A stretch of DNA of 64,000 bases from Escherichia coli (GTDB lineage: Bacteria > Pseudomonadota > Gammaproteobacteria > Enterobacterales > Enterobacteriaceae). The DNA lies in assembly GCF_024298765.1 (NCBI RefSeq), contig NZ_CP101210.1; one strand, 5' to 3'. The translations under genes were made by a program, and so were the position numbers. The notes under the pieces are model-generated. The model was not told the DNA's origin. It ran no database searches and saw only the letters and a program-made list of their open reading frames with translations. Position 1 is the first letter of the stretch, and each line of letters begins with the position of its first letter. This document shows, piece by piece, positions 1-16,194 of this stretch.

Positions 1-928
1 TTGGCGGACGCACATAGTAACTGACGTCGGCAATTGCGACCCATAAACGCCAGCCGCCGCCGCGTTTTTTCTCACAGTAAACTGCATCGTCAAAGTCACG
101 GGCGTCTTCGCCATCAATGGTGACCAGCGGTAAATCGCGCAGATCGACACGGCCCGCTTTTGCTTCTTCCGGCACTTCTTCTTTCAGCCCGGCAACCTGT
201 TGCTCAACAGCCTGCGGCCAGATGTACGGAATTTCATGGGTACGCAGAGCAATATCAACCGCCATGCCGGTGCCCATATTATCGCCCAGCACTTCGACGA
301 TTTTACCCACCGCTTTGGTACGGCGAGTCGGGCGTTGAGTCAGTTCAACCACCACCACAAAGCCCATCCGCGCGCCCATGATCTGATCGGGAGGGATTAA
401 GATATCGAAGCTCAGACGGCTATCGTCAGGAACCACAAAGCCGACGCCCGCTTCGGTGAAGTAGCGACCAACAATCTGGCTGGTTTTTGGCACCAGTACG
501 CGGACAATACGCGCTTCACGACGACCTTTACGGTCAGCGCCCAGCGGCTGAGCCAGCACCTGATCGCCATGAATGCAGGTTTTCATCTGCTCGCTGGAGA
601 GATACAAATCATCTTTACGCCCTTCAACTCGCAGAAAGCCGTAGCCATCACGGTGGCCAATAACGGTACCTTTCACCAGGTCGAGGCGTTCCGGCAGCGC
701 ATAGCACTGACGGCGAGTGAAGACCAGTTGACCATCGCGCTCCATCGCGCGCAGGCGGCGACGCAGGCCTTCAAGCTGCTCTTCGCCTTCAATGTGCAGT
801 TCTACCGCCAGCTCATCACGGCTGGCCGGTTTTTCACGTTTGGTTAAATGTTCGAGGATAAATTCCCGACTAGGGATGGGATTCGCGTATTTTTCAGCTT
901 CGCGTTCCTGGAAAGGATCTTGTGACAT
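1..928 (-). CDS. rnr: RNase R (exoribonuclease R), N-terminal part; 3' end of gene lies beyond window start
   Basis: Minus-strand frame open from window edge; ATG at 928..926; translation begins [23 protein letters not shown], which I recognise as E. coli RNase R N-terminus. Confidence 0.9.
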   Translation of the reverse strand, partial: MSQDPFQEREAEKYANPIPSREFILEHLTKREKPASRDELAVELHIEGEEQLEGLRRRLRAMERDGQLVFTRRQCYALPERLDLVKGTVIGHRDGYGFLRVEGRKDDLYLSSEQMKTCIHGDQVLAQPLGADRKGRREARIVRVLVPKTSQIVGRYFTEAGVGFVVPDDSRLSFDILIPPDQIMGARMGFVVVVELTQRPTRRTKAVGKIVEVLGDNMGTGMAVDIALRTHEIPYIWPQAVEQQVAGLKEEVPEEAKAGRVDLRDLPLVTIDGEDARDFDDAVYCEKKRGGGWRLWVAIADVSYYVRPP

Positions 929-966
929 CTCGGTTCCTCCGTTGTCATCTCTGATGAAGATTTTCG

Positions 967-1392
967 TCACTCCACCAGCAATAATTTATAAAGCGGTTGA
1001 TTCTCTTCAACCAAATCGGCAAGCGTGTAGTTATCCAGTTCCGTAAGAAAACTTTGCACGGCCTTAGAAAGCGCCTGTTTCAACCGACAGGCAGGTGTAA
1101 TGTGGCAAAACTCACTGCTGCAATTCACCAGCGATAAGGGCTCCAGCTCGCGCACCACATCACCAATACGTATTGCACTCGCCGGTTTACCCAAGCGAAT
1201 GCCGCCATTTTTTCCACGAACAGCAGTCACGTAGCCGGCACGACTAAGTTGATTGATTATTTTGACCATATGATTACGGGAGACGCCATAGACGTCAGTT
1301 ACTTCAGAAATACTGGTCATCCGCCCTTCTGGCAATGACGCCATGTAGATCAGCGCACGTAATCCGTAATCAGTGAAACTCGTTAACTGCAC
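967..1392 (-). CDS. nsrR: NO-sensing Rrf2-family transcriptional repressor NsrR
   Basis: ORF track 141 aa; HTH N-terminus and Cys-rich C-terminus typical of Rrf2/NsrR; conserved position between rnr and purA. Confidence 0.9.
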
Positions 1393-1596
1393 ATCAACCT
1401 CAAAAGGGAAATCGGGGAAAAATACATTTATATTGATGATAAACCAGCCACAAGCTGTGTCGCTAATTTATTTCAGTTCGGGGAAGGAAAAAAGCGAGGA
1501 TTTAACACTGTGTCGGATAGCGTAATGGCTTAACCGACACAGCAATGTATCACACTGTTAGCCCGGCAGGCAAAATATCTGCCAGGCGTACCAGAA

Positions 1597-2898
<1,302 letters not shown>

Positions 2899-2998
2899 TC
2901 AAAATCACCGTTTGCTTAAAAATGGATTCTACCATCGCTTTTTCAGAGTTACAGCACTTTTTGCACTCAAAAATGACCTCGATCAGTCTGTTTTTTGT

Positions 2999-3196
2999 TC
3001 AGCCAATCGTTTTCCTCAACATGTAGTAGACCACAACGCCCGCAACCACAAGTCCACCGCCAAAACGACGTAAAATATTATCGGGCAAATTGGTCATCGC
3101 AGAGATCATCTTCTTCCATGCCTTCGGGTAAAGCATCGGCCCTAAACCTTCCAGTACCAAAACCAGGGCAAGCGCCAGCCAGATTGTCGAATTCAT
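2999..3196 (-). CDS. yjeT: Small inner-membrane protein YjeT (DUF2065)
   Basis: 65-aa hydrophobic ORF in conserved position between purA and hflC. Confidence 0.75.
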   Translation of the reverse strand: MNSTIWLALALVLVLEGLGPMLYPKAWKKMISAMTNLPDNILRRFGGGLVVAGVVVYYMLRKTIG

Positions 3197-3277
3197 TCAT
3201 TATCCTTATAGAAAAAGAAAACCACCGACATCCCTGAGGATGCGGTGGCTTTATTGACCTGTACCGCAGTCGTTATA

Positions 3278-4282
3278 TTAACGCGTTGCGGAAGTCGGCG
3301 TCTTCATGTAGCGGAAGAAATCGCTATCCGGGCTCATGACCATCACGTCCTGATTGCCAGAGAAGCTGTTCTCATAAGCACGCAGGCTACGGATAAATGC
3401 GTAGAAGTCCGGATCTTTACTGAATGCATCAGCAAACAGTTTGGCTGCTTCTGCATCGCCTTCACCACGCATGATGCGGCCCTGACGCTCAGCTTCAGCC
3501 AGCGTTCTGGTCACTTCATAGTCGGCAGTCGCGCGCAGTTTTTCCGCTTCTTCCTGACCTTGTGAACGGTGACGACGCGCTACCGCTTCACGCTCGGCGC
3601 GCATACGGTTGTAGATCGCTTCAGACACTTCGGTCGGCAGGTTGATCTGCTTAATACGCACATCGACAACTTCAATACCCAGCGCCGCCATACTGTTCGG
3701 GTTGATGACCGGAACTTTGCCCATCGTCTCAGCCGTTACGCGCTCTGCCGCTTCGGCAATGGCGTTATCTGCTGCCGGGGTAGTAACTTCATCTTCTGTA
3801 CCCGCAGAACCGGAGTTCAGCGCGTCACGTACTTCGAGGGTCAGACGACCACGGGAATCGGTGACGATGTCTTTCACGTCCAGGCGACCAATTTCAGAAC
3901 GCAGACGGTCAGAGAACTTACGTTTCAACAGCACTTCCGCTTGCGAAATGTCGCCACCGCCCGTTGCCAGGTAGTAACGGCTGAAATCGCTGATGCGCCA
4001 TTTGATGTAAGAGTCGACGATCAGGTCTTTCTTCTCTTTGGTCACAAAGCGGTCGGCCTGGTTGTCCATGGTCTGAATACGTGCGTCGAGCATTTTCACC
4101 GTTTCAATGAACGGTATCTTGAAATGCAGACCCGGCTCATAAACCAGAGGTTTGTTGTCATCGTCACGCAGTACCTTACCAAAACGCAGCGTAATACCGC
4201 GCTCACCTTCTTTGACGACAAAGACAGACATGTAAAGCACTACCAGCACGATGATGATAATCGCGATAACTGACTTACGCAT
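3278..4282 (-). CDS. hflC: FtsH protease modulator HflC (SPFH/band-7)
   Basis: ORF track 334 aa; single N-terminal TM plus SPFH domain; overlaps hflK stop by 2 nt as in the hflKC operon. Confidence 0.95.
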   Translation of the reverse strand: MRKSVIAIIIIVLVVLYMSVFVVKEGERGITLRFGKVLRDDDNKPLVYEPGLHFKIPFIETVKMLDARIQTMDNQADRFVTKEKKDLIVDSYIKWRISDFSRYYLATGGGDISQAEVLLKRKFSDRLRSEIGRLDVKDIVTDSRGRLTLEVRDALNSGSAGTEDEVTTPAADNAIAEAAERVTAETMGKVPVINPNSMAALGIEVVDVRIKQINLPTEVSEAIYNRMRAEREAVARRHRSQGQEEAEKLRATADYEVTRTLAEAERQGRIMRGEGDAEAAKLFADAFSKDPDFYAFIRSLRAYENSFSGNQDVMVMSPDSDFFRYMKTPTSATR

Positions 4283-4284
4283 CG

Positions 4285-5544
4285 TTATTCCCCCTGACGC
4301 TGGTAGTCGTTACGCTGCGCGTTGGCGCGGCGTTGGTCCATAATATCGCCCTGACTGGTGGACGACGTGTTGCTTGCTCCACTGGTTGTGGAGGAAGAGG
4401 CTGGCGGCAGACGCAGCAGATTGCTGGCACCGTTATCGCTCTTCGCCGCAGGGGCGTTACCACCTTTCAGCATCTGGTCTAACGGCAGAACCATCAAGTT
4501 GCCACCTTTATCGTTAACCAGCACTTTGCGGGTGTTGCCCAACACTTTTTCCATCGTCTCGATATACAGACGCTCGCGAGTAATTTCCGGCGCGGCTTTA
4601 TATTCCGGCAGAAGTTTAGCAAAGCGCGCCACTTCACCCTGAGCTTCCAGGATGGTCTGGGCCTTGTACGCACGCGCCTCTTCGAGGATACGTTGCGCCT
4701 GACCGTTCGCACGCGGCTGAACTTCGTTGGTATACGCTTCTGCTTCACGAATGTATTGCTGTTCGTTTTCACGCGCGGCAATCGCATCGTCAAACGCCGC
4801 TTTTACTTCTTCCGGCGGACGAGCTGCCTGGAAGTTGACGTCCAGCAGCGTGATACCCATGTCATACGGACGAATCGTCTCTTCCAGTTCGCGCTGAGTA
4901 TCGCTACGAATCACGGTACGACCTTCCGTCAGAATGCGGTCCATGGTGTATTTACCGATAACCCCACGCAGGGCGCTGTCGGTAGCCTGACGCAGGCTGT
5001 CATCCGGGCTGGTCACGCTATACAGATATTTTTCCGGATCGGTGACGCGGTACTGCACGTTCATCTCAACGCGCACTACGTTCTCGTCCGACGTCAGCAT
5101 CACACCAGAAGCGGCCAGTTCACGCACGGCTTCCACGTTCACCGGTTTGACTTCGTCGATAAACGTCGGTTTCCAGTTCAGACCCGGCTCAACCAGATGG
5201 CTGAATTTACCAAAGCGTGTTACCACGCCACGTTCGGCTTCTTTAATGGTATAGAAACCACTGGCCGCCCAGATAATGACAATCGCTGCCGCTGCGATGG
5301 TAACGACACGACCGCCAAGCTGCGGGCGCGGGCCTTGCGATGAACTGCCACCGCCAGATCCGGTGCCTTTACCGCCGCCCAGACCACCGAGCTTTTTGCT
5401 CAGTTTGCGGAAGATATCATCTAAATCAGGTGGCCCTTGATCGCGACCGCCTTTGTTTCCATTTCCCTCAGAGTTGCCGCCAGGTTTGCTGCTTCCCCAC
5501 GGGTCGCGGTCTTGTCCGTTATTACCGGGCTGATTCCACGCCAT
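4285..5544 (-). CDS. hflK: FtsH protease modulator HflK (SPFH/band-7)
   Basis: ORF track 419 aa; Gly-rich N-terminus, TM, SPFH domain. Confidence 0.95.
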   Translation of the reverse strand: MAWNQPGNNGQDRDPWGSSKPGGNSEGNGNKGGRDQGPPDLDDIFRKLSKKLGGLGGGKGTGSGGGSSSQGPRPQLGGRVVTIAAAAIVIIWAASGFYTIKEAERGVVTRFGKFSHLVEPGLNWKPTFIDEVKPVNVEAVRELAASGVMLTSDENVVRVEMNVQYRVTDPEKYLYSVTSPDDSLRQATDSALRGVIGKYTMDRILTEGRTVIRSDTQRELEETIRPYDMGITLLDVNFQAARPPEEVKAAFDDAIAARENEQQYIREAEAYTNEVQPRANGQAQRILEEARAYKAQTILEAQGEVARFAKLLPEYKAAPEITRERLYIETMEKVLGNTRKVLVNDKGGNLMVLPLDQMLKGGNAPAAKSDNGASNLLRLPPASSSTTSGASNTSSTSQGDIMDQRRANAQRNDYQRQGE

Positions 5545-5629
5545 GTTTGTGCTCCATATTTGTTATGCGGTGATCCCTGTTGTCTTTCGACGCCAGAGGA
5601 TATGACTCCACGCTTCAGACGCTACGCCG

Positions 5630-6910
5630 TTAGATCAGGTAATCGATCAACGCCGGTTCTTGTTTACAGAGGCGACGCCAGTCAACGATCGGCATACGAA
5701 CTTGCAGACTTACGCTGCCGTCCTCCTCCATCCACTCTTTTTCTATTGCCTGAAGCTGATAAAAACGACTTCTCAGACGCCCTTCCTGCGGTGGCAGACG
5801 CAATGTATGCTGCGCCACCTCGCCGGAAAGCCGCTCCGTCAAAGCCTGAAAAAGCTGTGGTATCCCCGCTCCGGTCTGTGCGGAAAGCCAGACACGGATC
5901 GGTTTGTTCTCTTCGTCCCGATCAATACGCGGTTCGAAATCTTCCAGCATATCGATCTTGTTCATCACCAGCAGGGTTGGGATCTCGTGAGCGTCGATCT
6001 CTTCAAGAACCGTATTCACCGCTTCGATGTTTTCTTGTACACGCACATCCGCCGCATCAATGACGTGCAGCAGCAATGTGGCTTGCCGCGTCTCTTGTAA
6101 CGTGGCTTTAAATGCCGCCACCAGATCGTGCGGCAGGTGGCGAATAAACCCTACGGTATCTGCCAACACGGTTTCACCGACATCTGCGACGTCAATACGC
6201 CGCAACGTCGGGTCGAGGGTGGCAAACAACTGGTCTGCCGCGTAGACCCGCGCTTCGGTGATGCGATTGAAAAGGGTAGATTTACCGGCGTTGGTATATC
6301 CCACCAGCGAAACAGTAGGAACGTCGGCTTTGATACGCGATTGCCGCCCCTGCTCACGCTGCTTTTCAACTCTTTCCAGGCGCGACTGTATCTGCACGAT
6401 GCGATTACGCAACAAACGACGGTCGGTTTCGAGCTGGGTTTCACCCGGACCACGCAAACCAATCCCGCCTTTCTGTCTTTCAAGGTGGGTCCAGCCACGC
6501 ACCAGGCGCGTAGCCAGATGGCGCAGCTGCGCCAGCTCAACCTGCAACTTACCCTCATGGGTACGCGCACGTTGGGCGAAAATATCTAAAATAAGGCCGG
6601 TGCGGTCGATGACACGACACTCGCACAAACGCTCCAGGTTACGCTCTTGCGCCGGGCTCAGGGCATGGTCAAAAAGAACGACCGAAGCACCCGTCGCTTT
6701 GACAGCTTCCGCAATTTCAACTGCTTTACCTTCACCTACAAAATACTTTGGGTGCGGCGCTTTACGGCTACCGGTAATCACCTGCAATGCTTCGACACCG
6801 GCGGAAGAGACCAGAGATTCAAACTCCTGGAGATCTTCCATATCTTTGTCTTGCGTAAAATAGATGTGTACCAGTACCGCCTGCTCACCAGCATCATAAC
6901 GGTCAAACAA
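5630..6910 (-). CDS. hflX: Ribosome-associated GTPase HflX
   Basis: ORF track 426 aa; G-domain motifs GYTNAGKST and DTVGF. Confidence 0.95.
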   Translation of the reverse strand: MFDRYDAGEQAVLVHIYFTQDKDMEDLQEFESLVSSAGVEALQVITGSRKAPHPKYFVGEGKAVEIAEAVKATGASVVLFDHALSPAQERNLERLCECRVIDRTGLILDIFAQRARTHEGKLQVELAQLRHLATRLVRGWTHLERQKGGIGLRGPGETQLETDRRLLRNRIVQIQSRLERVEKQREQGRQSRIKADVPTVSLVGYTNAGKSTLFNRITEARVYAADQLFATLDPTLRRIDVADVGETVLADTVGFIRHLPHDLVAAFKATLQETRQATLLLHVIDAADVRVQENIEAVNTVLEEIDAHEIPTLLVMNKIDMLEDFEPRIDRDEENKPIRVWLSAQTGAGIPQLFQALTERLSGEVAQHTLRLPPQEGRLRSRFYQLQAIEKEWMEEDGSVSLQVRMPIVDWRRLCKQEPALIDYLI

Positions 6911-6986
6911 GCGTATAACCCTCTAAATAGATCAGCGGGGAACGCAGGATCGCTGGCTCCCCGTGTAAAAAAAACAGCCCGAAACC

Positions 6987-7307
<321 letters not shown>

Positions 7308-7380
7308 TTATATGCTTATTTGTACTTTGAACCTTTCGATTCTGAAAAAATTGCGCACGATACGTCTCAATTGTACACAT

Positions 7381-8331
7381 TCAGCCTGCGATAGCACCAA
7401 CAACCTGTAATACTTCGTCACGCGCTTGTTCTGGTTTTTCACTGTCAAGCCAGTGAACCCCTTCCCAACCACGCAGCCAGGTTATCTGCCGCTTCGCCAA
7501 CTGTCTCGTGGCGCAAACACCTCGATAAACCATTTCATCGTATGAGATTTCGCCTTCAAGGTAAGACCACATCTGGCGATAACCCACGCAACGAATGGAA
7601 GGCAAGTCCGTATGCAAATCTCCTCGGGCAAAAAGCGCCCGGACTTCTGCTTCAAAACCTGAAGCCAACATCTGATGAAAACGCTGCTCAATTCGTTGAT
7701 GGAGCAGTTCACGGCTCGCCGGGGCGATGGCGAACTGATGCACCTGATACGGTAGAGCGTCTCCTGACGTTTGCGTCAGTTCCGTTAAAGTTTTACCCGA
7801 AATGAAAAAAACTTCCAGTGCCCGGGAAAGCCTTTGTGGATCATTTGGATGAATCCTTGCTGCCGCAACCGGATCGATCTCCTGAAGTTGACGATGCAAT
7901 GACTCCCAACCTTGCTCTGCCGCCTGTTGCTCAATTCTGGCCCGCACTTCCGGGTCCGCCGACGGTAGCGGCGACAACCCTTCCAGCAATGCCTTGAAAT
8001 ACAACATCGTACCGCCCACTAACAGTGGGATCCGCCCCGCCGCGGTGATATCGGCCATTTCCGCCAGCGCATCGCGGCGAAAATCAGCAGCCGAGTAAGC
8101 CTGCGACGGATCGCGAATATCCAGCAATCGGTGCGGCGCGGCGAGTAACTCTTCAGCGTTCGGCTTCGCCGTCCCGATATCCATCCCTTTGTAAATAAGG
8201 GCAGAATCAACGCTTATCAACTCTACTGGTAAAATTTTACGCAGCTCAATGGCTAACGCCGTTTTACCGGAGGCCGTCGGCCCCATCAAAAAAATCGCCT
8301 TAGGCAGGCTCGCCTTACTGATATCACTCAT
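7381..8331 (-). CDS. miaA: tRNA dimethylallyltransferase MiaA
   Basis: ORF track 316 aa; P-loop GPTASGKT; overlaps mutL 3' end by 8 nt. Confidence 0.95.
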
Positions 8332-10171
8332 CTTTCAGGGCTTTTATCGCCGGATGTAAATCAACAGATTGTAACAGACCACCCGGCGGCGTTTTCACAA
8401 GTTGCGGACATAACCGTTCCACGTCCGCCAGCAGGGTTATGGCCTGCGCCATTGACCACTGCGCATGTTCGCTCATCAGATTTCGTGCAATCCACTGCGC
8501 AATATTGCCAGGTTCGAATACGGACTGCTTCGCCAGGTAGCCTATCAGTTCAGGAATCAAGATTTGTAAATTTTGTTGGCGTAAGGGTAAAGGCACGGCC
8601 CTGATGGTCACATGCTGCGCATCGGACTGGAAATCAATACCCAATTCCGCCAGGGCAGACTGCGCTTTTTCTAATGCCGATTTTTCTTCACCAGAAACTT
8701 TTAGCCGCAGCGGAATCAGCAACGGCTGGGCGCAAACTGGCGCTTCACCCGGCGTCAGTTGCGCCTGACGCAGCCAACGTTCTGCCACTGGCAAGGCTAA
8801 AAGTGAAATGTTGCCGTCGCGCTCCAGCAACGCACAGTCGGAATGGACGATAGTCAGTACCCGACCAAAACTCTGACTGTTCGCCGCAAGTGCAGGTTCC
8901 TGCGGTTCTGGCGCTTTTGGTTTTTGCATCGGCGCGGGCGTTTGCAAAAGCTGGCGATACACTTCACCTTGCTGTTTCTGGTAACCTGGCTGCGCATTCG
9001 GCCAAGGGGCAGCCGGACGACTGCCTGAGGCGGGCGCAGGAGTGTAACGCGGAGCTACTGGCTCACGAACTGCCGGTTCAGCAAAATGATTGCGCCCCGC
9101 CGCCACGCGGTTTTCCGGGATGGCGCGCGGTGCAGGTTGTGGTTCATCGTCCAGCGGTAGCGGCGTTTCCAGTTGCTGTTGTAGCACGCTCAGCACGCCC
9201 TGATAGATAAAATCATGCACCAGACGCGACTGATGGAAACGCACTTCGTGTTTGGCAGGGTGCACGTTGACGTCCACCTGATGTGGGTCGATCTCCAGAT
9301 ACAGCACAAATGCCGGTTGCTGATCGGCCCCCAGTTTGTCTTCACAGGCCTGGCGGATCGCGTGATTGATCAGGCGATCGCGCATCATGCGACCATTCAC
9401 ATAGCAATACTGAATTTCCGCCAGTGCGGGCGTGGTGTGATTCGGATCTGCCACCCAGCCGCGCAGCGTAAGATCGCCGTGTTGCCATTCAATCGCCAGC
9501 GCTTGTTCGAGAAAAGCGGTGCCGCAAATCGCGCCTAAGCGCCGTTCTTTTTGCCCGCCTTCCGGCACTGCGCGGTACTGACGCACAATTTTACCGTTAT
9601 GCGACAGGTTGATCGTGACGTCGAAACGCGCCAGCGCAATGCGGCGAATAATTTCATCGATATGGTTAAATTCGGTTTTCTCGGTGCGCAGGAATTTGCG
9701 CCGCGCCGGGGTGTTGTAGAACAGATCCAGCACCTCCAGCGTCGTTCCCACCGGATGCGCCGCCGGTTTAACCGTTACGTCCATATCGCGCCCTTCGGCA
9801 TAGGCCTGCCAGGCTTCCTGCTGTTCTGCGATGCGTGAAGTGAGCGTCAGGCGCGAAACCGAACTGATACTCGCCAGCGCCTCACCGCGAAAGCCAAGGC
9901 TGATAATGGCTTCGAGATCGTCCAGAGAGGCGATTTTACTGGTGGCATGACGAGCCAGCGCCAGCGCCAGCTCATCTTTTTTGATACCGCAGCCGTTATC
10001 ACGAATGCGGATAAGTTTCGCCCCACCGCGTTCGATATCAATATCGATACGCGTCGCACCTGCATCGAGGCTGTTTTCCACCAGTTCTTTGACTACCGAC
10101 GCAGGTCGCTCGACCACCTCACCTGCGGCAATCTGGTTCGCCAGTTGTGGCGGTAAGACCTGAATTGGCAT
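8324..10171 (-). CDS. mutL: DNA mismatch repair protein MutL
   Basis: ORF track 616 aa; GHKL ATPase N-terminus ([23 protein letters not shown]); start taken at second Met. Confidence 0.93.
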
Positions 10172-10180
10172 CAATCGTCC

Positions 10181-11518
10181 TTAGTTTGGCAGCGTGCGAT
10201 CTGGCGTCGTCACCGTACTGGCAGTTTGTGCCGTTGCACCCTGCGGCGCAGATTGCATCGGATGCGCAAGGAAATAATTACGCAGGCCTTTGTAAATGGC
10301 TTCTGCCAGCTGTTGTTGGTAATCGTCGCTCGCCAGCAAACGTTCTTCGCTGTTGTTGCTGATAAAACCGGTTTCGACCAGTACTGATGGGATATCCGGC
10401 GAACGCAGAACGCCAAGGCTGGCGTGTTCTGGTCGACGTTTATGTATTTCGCCAATGCGTTGCAACTGACTGATCATACTGGTCGCTACATCATACCCTA
10501 CACGCTGGGAATGACCGAACTGTAAATCCAGCACCGCCTGGCTTAAATAGGGGTCAGACTGGCTGTTCGCCAGCACATCGCCCGCTCCGCCCAATAGCTC
10601 CGACTGTTTCTCATGCTGTTCCAGCCAGCTTGCCATCTCGCTGTTTGCACGACGGTTAGAGAGCACCCATACGGAAGCGCCAGTCGCACTGCGGTTTGGT
10701 GCGGCATCAGCGTGAATCGACACGAGGAAATTGGCGTTTTGCTTACGTGCCACATCGCTGCGCCCCATCACCGAGATAAAGTAATCCCCGTCACGGGTTA
10801 AAACGCCTTTAAACATTGGATCGTCATTGAGTAAAGTACGCAATTTACGCGCGATGGCGATGGTGACATTTTTCTCCCGCGTGCCACCAGGGCCGATAGC
10901 GCCAGGATCCTGACCGCCGTGTCCGGCATCAATAGCGATGATAATTTTATCGCCAGTGTTAGCCGTCGCGCGCGCTGCCGGACGCGTTACCGTATTACTG
11001 CTGATAACACCTGTAGTGCGGTTACTTTCCGTTTTAAACGGATTGCGCGCCGGTTCGCTGACGCGCGGTGCGACAACCGCAGGCGTTTCAACGCGTTTAG
11101 CAACCACAGGCGGCGAAGGAGGCGGTGGCGGCACATCGGCGTTAATCGTAAAGACGACAGTGTAATTGCTGCCATTCTGCCGCTTCACCGCTTCGGTTTT
11201 ACCGTTTTCGGTTAGATCGACCACCAGCCGTAGCGTTTGTGCATCTTTAGGCGTTCCGGAGCGAATCGCCTTCACCAGATTATTGCCGCTAAACAACAAC
11301 GGCAGTCCCTGAATCACGCCCGTTTGTTTGATATCGAGCGCCACGGTGCGTTTGCTTTGATGGCTAAACGCATAATCAGGATCGCCAATAAAACTCAACG
11401 TTATCCGCGCCTGCTGATTGCCGTTAGAAACCTGAATATCAGAGAGCGTCGCGGCACCCACCGGCGCGCACAGCAGCAGCAACGTCGCTACCAACCAATT
11501 TCTGATGCGATACATCAT
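10181..11518 (-). CDS. amiB: N-acetylmuramoyl-L-alanine amidase AmiB
   Basis: ORF track 450 aa; start moved to internal MMYRIRNW Met to give signal-peptide N-terminus; Amidase_3 domain. Confidence 0.88.
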   Translation of the reverse strand: MMYRIRNWLVATLLLLCAPVGAATLSDIQVSNGNQQARITLSFIGDPDYAFSHQSKRTVALDIKQTGVIQGLPLLFSGNNLVKAIRSGTPKDAQTLRLVVDLTENGKTEAVKRQNGSNYTVVFTINADVPPPPPSPPVVAKRVETPAVVAPRVSEPARNPFKTESNRTTGVISSNTVTRPAARATANTGDKIIIAIDAGHGGQDPGAIGPGGTREKNVTIAIARKLRTLLNDDPMFKGVLTRDGDYFISVMGRSDVARKQNANFLVSIHADAAPNRSATGASVWVLSNRRANSEMASWLEQHEKQSELLGGAGDVLANSQSDPYLSQAVLDLQFGHSQRVGYDVATSMISQLQRIGEIHKRRPEHASLGVLRSPDIPSVLVETGFISNNSEERLLASDDYQQQLAEAIYKGLRNYFLAHPMQSAPQGATAQTASTVTTPDRTLPN

Positions 11519-11536
11519 CCCGCCACCTTTCAAAGG

Positions 11537-13515
<1,979 letters not shown>

Positions 13516-13517
<2 letters not shown>

Positions 13518-14655
13518 GTCAGAGCCCCTCGATCTCAATCAGTTAGCGCAAAATATTAAACAGTGGGGGCTGGAACTGGGCTTTCAGCAGGTAGGTATTA
13601 TCGATACCGATCTCAGCGAGTCCGAGCCCAAACTGCAAGCATGGCTGGACAAACAATACCACGGCGAAATGGACTGGATGGCGCGTCACGGTATGCTGCG
13701 CGCTCGCCCCCATGAGTTATTGCCCGGTACGCTGCGCGTGATCAGCGTGCGGATGAATTACCTTCCTGCTAACGCCGCATTTGCCAGCACGCTGAAAAAC
13801 CCTAAGCTCGGCTATGTGAGCCGTTATGCGCTGGGCCGTGACTACCACAAACTTCTGCGCAACCGACTCAAAAAGCTGGGCGAGATGATTCAGCAACATT
13901 GTGTTTCGCTGAATTTTAGACCGTTTGTCGATTCTGCGCCTATTCTCGAGCGCCCGTTAGCTGAAAAAGCAGGACTTGGCTGGACAGGTAAGCACTCACT
14001 TATCCTCAATCGCGAGGCCGGTTCGTTCTTCTTTTTAGGCGAATTGCTGGTCGATATTCCTCTGCCCGTGGATCAACCAGTCGAGGAAGGATGCGGTAAA
14101 TGCGTGGCCTGTATGACGATTTGCCCGACCGGAGCCATCGTCGAGCCATATACCGTCGATGCTCGCCGCTGTATCTCTTATCTCACCATCGAACTGGAGG
14201 GGGCGATCCCGGAAGAGTTGCGACCGTTAATGGGAAATCGTATTTATGGTTGCGATGACTGCCAGCTTATCTGCCCGTGGAATCGCTATTCGCAACTCAC
14301 TACAGAAGACGATTTCAGCCCGCGTAAGCCGCTACACGCACCGGAACTCATTGAGTTATTCGCCTGGAGTGAAGAGAAGTTTTTAAAAGTCACGGAAGGT
14401 TCGGCGATTCGCCGTATAGGTCACCTGCGTTGGCTGCGTAATATTGCCGTAGCCTTAGGCAATGCGCCCTGGGATGAAACGATTCTGGCGGCGCTGGAGA
14501 GTCGTAAAGGTGAGCACCCACTTCTCGATGAGCACATAGCGTGGGCGATTGCGCAGCAAATCGAGAGGCGAAATGCGTGCATAGTCGAAGTGCAATTACC
14601 GAAAAAACAGCGTCTGGTTCGGGTGATTGAAAAAGGGTTACCGCGTGACGCCTGA
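13516..14655 (+). CDS. queG: Epoxyqueuosine reductase QueG (4Fe-4S, cobalamin)
   Basis: ORF track 415 aa trimmed to ATG at 13516 (MSEPLDLNQ); ferredoxin-like CxxCxxC motifs (CGKCVACMTICP, CDDCQLICP). Confidence 0.88.
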
Positions 14656-14924
14656 TTCATCCACAGCTTGTGAATAAAAATAAAAACGCATTGCAATTCA
14701 AGACGAATAAAATCGTCAAGTGATCGACTCGACAAAACGAAATCTTAATTTTTAACTTATCTATCAATAGGTTAAAAAAATACTATTCACCGTGCGAAGT
14801 TTCTTTGAAATTAAGATTACGGCCTGAGGCTGTGGATAACTCTGTTTACAAGAGTTTGTCAGAGACAATAAAAACCAGCAATAACGCATCGCGTCGCTGT
14901 GGATATTTTATTGAGAGAAGAATT

Positions 14925-15000
<76 letters not shown>

Positions 15001-15035
15001 TTGGGTGGTCTGTGCTTTACAGCACTTTCAAATTT

Positions 15036-15111
<76 letters not shown>

Positions 15112-15268
15112 TTAATCTTCGTCTTTCGAACCGCTACTGCCTTGGCTGCCTTCACTCACCTTAGTCACTTACTTTTGTAAGCTCCCAAGGATTCGTTCAG
15201 TTGCCGCCTTGTCGCAATTCGAAATACTGCGATTGGGTGGTCTGTGCTTTGCAGCACTTTTCAAATTT

Positions 15269-15344
<76 letters not shown>

Positions 15345-15402
15345 GTACTACTTAATTTTGCTTTCGTAATTTTCGCATTTCTGCGTCGTTACGGGAGGCG
15401 CA

Positions 15403-15455
15403 TTATACGAGAAATCTTTCCCTCTGCAACCCCCCTAAAAAATTTTTTTTGAGTT
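15403..15455 (-). promoter_or_regulatory. Candidate sigma70 promoter of the tRNA-Gly operon with upstream A/T-rich UP-like tract and GC-rich discriminator
   Basis: On minus strand: TTGCAG (15430..15425), 16-bp spacer, TATAAT (15408..15403), followed by GCGCCTCCC; A/T tract upstream. Confidence 0.55.
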
Positions 15456-15554
15456 TTTATCTCAAGTGCTGAAATTATCAGCAAGACGTTCAATTTAGCG
15501 TCAAAATCACGCCGCCGCAAGTGGATTCCGGCGCTTACGTGACCAGGAAAAATT

Positions 15555-16100
15555 TTACAGCTTGATAAAATGCTCGCGGTAGTAAGCCAGTTCTGCCACC
15601 GACTCACGGATATCATCCATCGCCTGATGCGTCCCCTGCTTGGTAAAACCATCAAGAATTTCCGGCTTCCAGCGGCGCGCCAGCTCTTTCAGGGTGCTGA
15701 CATCGAGATAACGGTAGTGGAAGTAGGCTTCCAGCTCCGGCATATATTTAAACAGGAAGCGACGATCCTGGCCGATGCTGTTACCGCAAATCGGCGATTT
15801 TCCCGCAGGCACCCACTGTTTTAAGAATTCGAGCGTTGCCAGTTCAGCTTCACGATCGCCCATCGTGCTCGCTTTCACGCGCTCCACCAGCCCGCTGGCG
15901 GTATGGGTGCGCACGTTCCAGTCATCCATCAGCGCCAGCTGTTCATCAGACTGGTGTACTGCAATGGTCGGCCCTTCTGCCAGAATATTCAGGTTGGCAT
16001 CGGTCACCAGCGTGGCAATCTCAATAATGCGATCGCGCTCGGGATCCAGACCGGTCATCTCAAGATCGATCCAAATCAGGTTGTTTTCATTGGCACTCAT
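15555..16100 (-). CDS. orn: Oligoribonuclease
   Basis: ORF track 229 aa trimmed to [23 protein letters not shown] (181 aa), DEDDh exonuclease motifs. Confidence 0.9.
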
Positions 16101-16194
16101 GCTATTTTCCACCCATTCACAGTGACTATATTGATCCACAATTGCGTGTATCATAGATGTTTTGCCCATCAGGGGCGACCAGGAGTCTGTACGA

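Noticed and set aside
3569-4273. Long plus-strand ORFs antisense to hflC/hflK/groL/aspA (e.g. 3569..4273, 4693..5343, 35333..36619, and minus-strand 39236..40687)
   Set aside because: Shadow ORFs opposite well-recognised genes; low-complexity, unrecognisable translations
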